NCBI GenBank assembly: GCA_029953675.1
Contig: JAMWBK010000004.1
Coordinates: forward strand, 2,046,001 to 2,110,000
From: Rhodosorus marinus CCMP1338
Taxonomy: Eukaryota; Plantae; Rhodophyta
Direction of reading: 5' to 3'
Length of the DNA: 64,000 bases
This document shows, piece by piece, positions 60,207 through 64,000 of the stretch. How positions within the stretch are numbered: the first letter of the stretch is position 1; every line of letters begins with the position of its first letter. The position numbers and the translations under genes were made by a program. The notes below the pieces were generated by a model. It ran no database searches, was not told the DNA's origin, and worked only from the letters and a program-made list of their open reading frames with translations.

Positions 60207-61034
60207 ATGCTTTGTAACGTGGAATCTGGAGAGGAATATCGACGGAATCTGGAAGGTGTTAATGATGAGCTCTGTGAGAGGTTTGGATGGGGAGGGGAGA
60301 CGGACAAGGAACCTGTCCGTTTGTATATGCATGTGTTGAGAAAGTTAAGACAGGAGCGAGGTGAGAAATCGGCGCGAGGATGGAAGATGGACGCTCCTCG
60401 AAACTTTGTTATATTCGACTGGGACGACACCATCTTGGCAACTACAGCTTTGTCTGACATTTCGAGAGCGACTGCGGGACATGTACCAAGCGGCACACAG
60501 TCGTTAGCTACGCAGTTGGCGGACTTGGATCGGACCGCAGTTGAGATTTTCGAGATTGCGAAGAGGATGGGCCAAGCAATGATTGTCACGAACTCGAGTG
60601 CGGGTTGGGTAGAAGATTCCTCTCGTGCGTTCTATCCAAAATTGCACAAATATTTATTGGATCACAACGTACAGATCATATCTGCCAGAGATCTCTACTC
60701 GCAAACATGCCCGGACGCTCCCTATAGATGGAAGAGCTCGGCTTTCTCTGAGGTTCTCAGAGGAGAAGGAGGGGACTGTCTGAACGTAACTGTCCTTGGC
60801 GACTGCTACAGTGATCAATACGCAGCTCATGCGGTACATAGATCGATTTGCGATCAAAGAGAAATCGTCATGAAGTTTGTGAAGTTCAGAGTTCGTCCGA
60901 CAGTCAGCTTGTTGCAGAAAGAACTCGGGCTACTCACCAGTAGTCTGGAGAAAATACTGAATTGCAAATCATCTTTTGACGTTTGTATTAGCTCCTCATC
61001 AGCAGAAGCGAACGGCTTGCAAGCGACATTCTGA
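60207..61034 (+). CDS. HAD-superfamily hydrolase of the FDWDDT type; intronless
   Basis: Motif I VIFDWDDT, motif II IVTNS..GWVE, IISARDLY, motif III WK..AF and motif IV VLGD. Confidence 0.75.
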   Translation: MLCNVESGEEYRRNLEGVNDELCERFGWGGETDKEPVRLYMHVLRKLRQERGEKSARGWKMDAPRNFVIFDWDDTILATTALSDISRATAGHVPSGTQSLATQLADLDRTAVEIFEIAKRMGQAMIVTNSSAGWVEDSSRAFYPKLHKYLLDHNVQIISARDLYSQTCPDAPYRWKSSAFSEVLRGEGGDCLNVTVLGDCYSDQYAAHAVHRSICDQREIVMKFVKFRVRPTVSLLQKELGLLTSSLEKILNCKSSFDVCISSSSAEANGLQATF

Positions 61035-61574
61035 GAAGCTGTTGTTACCTCAAGAGAGAGCACTAGTAGTTTATTAGTTAAATTACCCAACTAGGAAAGA
61101 ACAAACACATGGGCTTAAAATATGAACGTGAACCTGCCACACGATCCGTGCAGTCATTCATCGTCCTAATCTCGAGCGTGCATCCGAATCGCTCACCCTT
61201 TCCATTGTCTAAAGGCAATGAGATACATGCACTACACCTCCTCCCCCTCTCCCCCTATCACAGCTTATCAGTCGATTGGCGTCATATCAAGTCATTAGCA
61301 CAGAAATTAAGTGCTATGAGCTGACAATTTTTTGTGTTTTTAGAAAACTTTTGTACCATAAAGCATTTAATTTCGTACTAAAACAGATCGGGACTATTGT
61401 CAGTTGCACTGGCAGTCTTGGTTTTGGGTGGAGGAGGCGACCTAAGAGGAGGGATTCTCATGTTTAGAAAAGGATTTGCGCGGCGCGTTTATTTTGCTTT
61501 TCCTGAAACCTTCCGGGGTTGACGATTGCGTGAATTTCTGAGACCAGGGTTTTAAACCCCAGGGGTACAGACTG

Positions 61575-62790
61575 ATGTGGATTGGATGCATTGAGCTGAT
61601 TGGTTTGGTGTTTATGATAGCGATGCCGACTAGGGCATCAATGGATGCTTCAAATCGTAGCTGGATTGAGGATCTTGAGCACCCGGGAAGTTTTACAGCA
61701 GCTGCTGCTGGGGTTACCGCTCTAACGTGCTCAGTACTTGGGTATTTGGCTCTTAAGTATTTTGAGCCTACCTCACCGGCTGCGGCAAATACTCTGTACA
61801 AGTTGAAGCTGTATCGAAAGTACTTCTCATATTTTATTCTCTCGAAAGATAAATCCTATGATGCGACTCCGCCCGTTGAACTTGGAAGAGAGAAAATCCG
61901 GAAGAAAATTGTTTTTTGTCGACATGGCGAGTCCGAGTGGAACTTGGTCTTCAACAAGGGATTTGGTCCATCTTTCCTGCTTCGATTAATTAATGCGATG
62001 ATAAGGGAGATCATGCTGATTCCCACACGAGACTCCATTTTCATTGATTCGTCGTTGAGTGATGAGGGACTGACTCAAGTTGCTGAGCTGCGGAAGTTTG
62101 TTTCATCTCCGAATGCGCCAGTCTTTTTGAGAGAACCCAATGTAAGTGATATTCTGCACGAATATGTTAGAAGAGTAGCTCTCGGACATTATCTTGTTGT
62201 ACTGATAGATTTCGCCCTTTCTCTATACATATGCACAGAGCTCAACTTTGGTAACCTCCAATCTTCGACGAGCTATTGAGACTGGAAGTATAGCATTCCA
62301 GAACCGCATAGGCAAATCTGATGAGCAGATGCGGCTCTTTTCGAGCCTTCAGGAGATGAGCCGTAACGTTGACGCGAGCGCTCTTGCTGAGGCTGGAAAG
62401 ATCCCGGACTTGACTGTCGTCTTGGCAAACATAGATTCGAAAGCATTCGACCCAGTGAAGGTATACGATGCTACAGGCAACCACGGGAACAAATCCCTTA
62501 AAAGCAACGGGTTGATCCGGATGAGGGAATTCTGTGATTGGAGTCTGCACAAGCAAACGGACAACATCATTGTCGTTGCTGGTGGCCATTCTCTGTGGTT
62601 CAGAAATTTCTTCCGCGCGTACTTACCAGAGAGAATAGATTATATCGGAAAGAACAAGAAGATCGTCAACTGTGGAGTGGTCTCATTTGACTTGGTAGAA
62701 GATGAAAGCGGTTGTGTAATGATAGACCCGAACTCTCTCAATGAACTGTACGGGGGTTATTCTGGTGTGCAGACCAAGAAGGGGGCTTAG
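61575..62790 (+). CDS. Histidine phosphatase (phosphoglycerate mutase-like) family protein; two exons
   Basis: IVFCRHGESEWN, DSSLSDEG..Q, TSNLRRAIET, LQE and the second catalytic His in VAGGHSLWF. N-terminal hydrophobic segment. Confidence 0.85.
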
Positions 62791-63213
62791 CCATTTCAAT
62801 TATTGATTGTCCTAGGACTGTTTCTAGTTCAAGGCCGGGAACTGAATCGTTAAATATGATCCGCGCTTCGATTTCGATACTGGTTTTCCTATCAGTTCAA
62901 GTAGCTCCAGCACACCAAATGAGCATACACGAGTTGGAGATTTTGCGAACGGTTTCCTGCCAAGATCTCGCTTCACAGTGCTAAATCAAGCTTGTTTCAC
63001 AGTAAGAGTCCACTGAGCCGTATCGCGGGGTAAGCGACTGGCAAGCCGTCTGCGGTAACTGTCAACTTGCGGCAACGCTTGAGGATGCTTTCATAGTACC
63101 TCACGATTCAGCGATAGTTTGTATTTCCTTGGCAAGCCCCGGTAGTTGACATTTTGGTTTACTCTGGCCATTGGAGTTGAAACTATTCACATCTGCAAGC
63201 GGGAGAAAACCTT

Positions 63214-64000
63214 TTACAATTTCGCTACAGATCGTCCTGTGTAGTTCAGGTCCTTCGCGTTTATCAGAGAAGGCCCGGCTGGAGGGACGTCTTCAACACT
63301 TTCGCCAACAAAAGACAGAACGTTTGGTGATCCCCATGGCGGGAGGTCATTGATTACAGCCGCAACATTCATGGCCGCGAGCGCGCTCATTCCCCTTCTC
63401 GTCCAGACCGTAGCTGATGCAATATGAGGAACAACGACAACGTTTGGTAGATCTTTCAATCCTGGCTTCATGAGCGGTTCGTCCTCAAACACCTAATCGA
63501 ACCAGCACGCGCGAGTTAGCGTAGTGCTTCCAATGTATTTTCTAGGAGCTGACACCACGCTGAGACTTCACAGAGCACACTTACGTCCAATCCAGCGTAA
63601 AACTGTGGGTTTTCCCTGCAGTGTTCAACGAGCGCGACTTCGTCAACAACGGGTCCTCTCGCACAGTTAATCAACATGGCATCCTTCTTCATCATCTGCA
63701 GTCGCTCTGAATTCATGAGATGGAAAGTTGTCTTGTCCAAGTTGGGGTGCAGCGACAATACATCGGAGTCCCTGGAAAACGTGAGTACGCAAACTCATTT
63801 CAGAATGTGGGCCGAGGAAGAACAGGACTCGCCATGTAAAAGATCTCCTGCCTGAAGGCACCTTATGACTTCCTCCATGCTATCCGCGCGCCGCCATTCG
63901 ATAGTGGATTCTCCGGTATGGGATAGATATTCTCTATACGCCTCGAGTTTGGCTTCAAACTGCTTGTTCTGGTACTTGTCATAGTAAATGAGATTCATTT
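63214..64000 (-). CDS. HPR1: Peroxisomal hydroxypyruvate reductase / glycerate dehydrogenase, 3' part (5' end outside window)
   Basis: MNLIYYD, SLHP.LDKTTFHL, LINCARGPVVDE, AGLD|VFEDEP.MKPGL and VPHIASATVWTRRGM, with a C-terminal AKL (PTS1-like). Confidence 0.95.

Noticed and set aside
63061-63152. Inverted repeat gtcaact..agttgac ending near ACA, a possible H/ACA RNA or MITE
   Set aside because: The stem is only 7 bp, with no H box, second hairpin or target-site duplication.

Overview
This is compact eukaryotic nuclear DNA with many short GT-AG introns and no operons, CRISPR arrays, rRNA or tRNA that I can support. It is most consistent with a red alga (inference): plastid transit peptides start M-x-G-F-V, and it carries a cyanobacterial-type argB, a Rubisco LSMT homolog and peroxisomal HPR1. 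Well-supported genes spliced by hand are DDRGK1, a J-domain protein, alpha-SNAP, DBP6/DDX51, DOHH, LSMT-like, FIS1, argB, ZNF830-like, SETD6-like, a ClpA/B NBD1-like ORF, a YqaJ-type nuclease, SWR1, an AAE3-like protein, RPL37, POLD4, a HAD-family ORF, a histidine phosphatase and HPR1 (cut by the window edge). Two gene-poor blocks (about 1-8.3 kb and 32.3-38.8 kb) hold decayed transposon-like and pseudogene sequence. The most unusual signals are several apparent pseudo-enzymes with intact ORFs: an adenylate-forming (AAE3-like) protein with no P-loop and about 600 aa of coiled coil inserted at its hinge, a stand-alone Clp NBD1 with dead Walker motifs, and an LSMT ortholog lacking its NH motif and catalytic Tyr. 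Also notable are an intron-containing phage-type YqaJ exonuclease and a six-unit degenerate array of about 160 bp. All family assignments come from motif recognition by eye, without database searches. Exon boundaries and some start codons are approximate.
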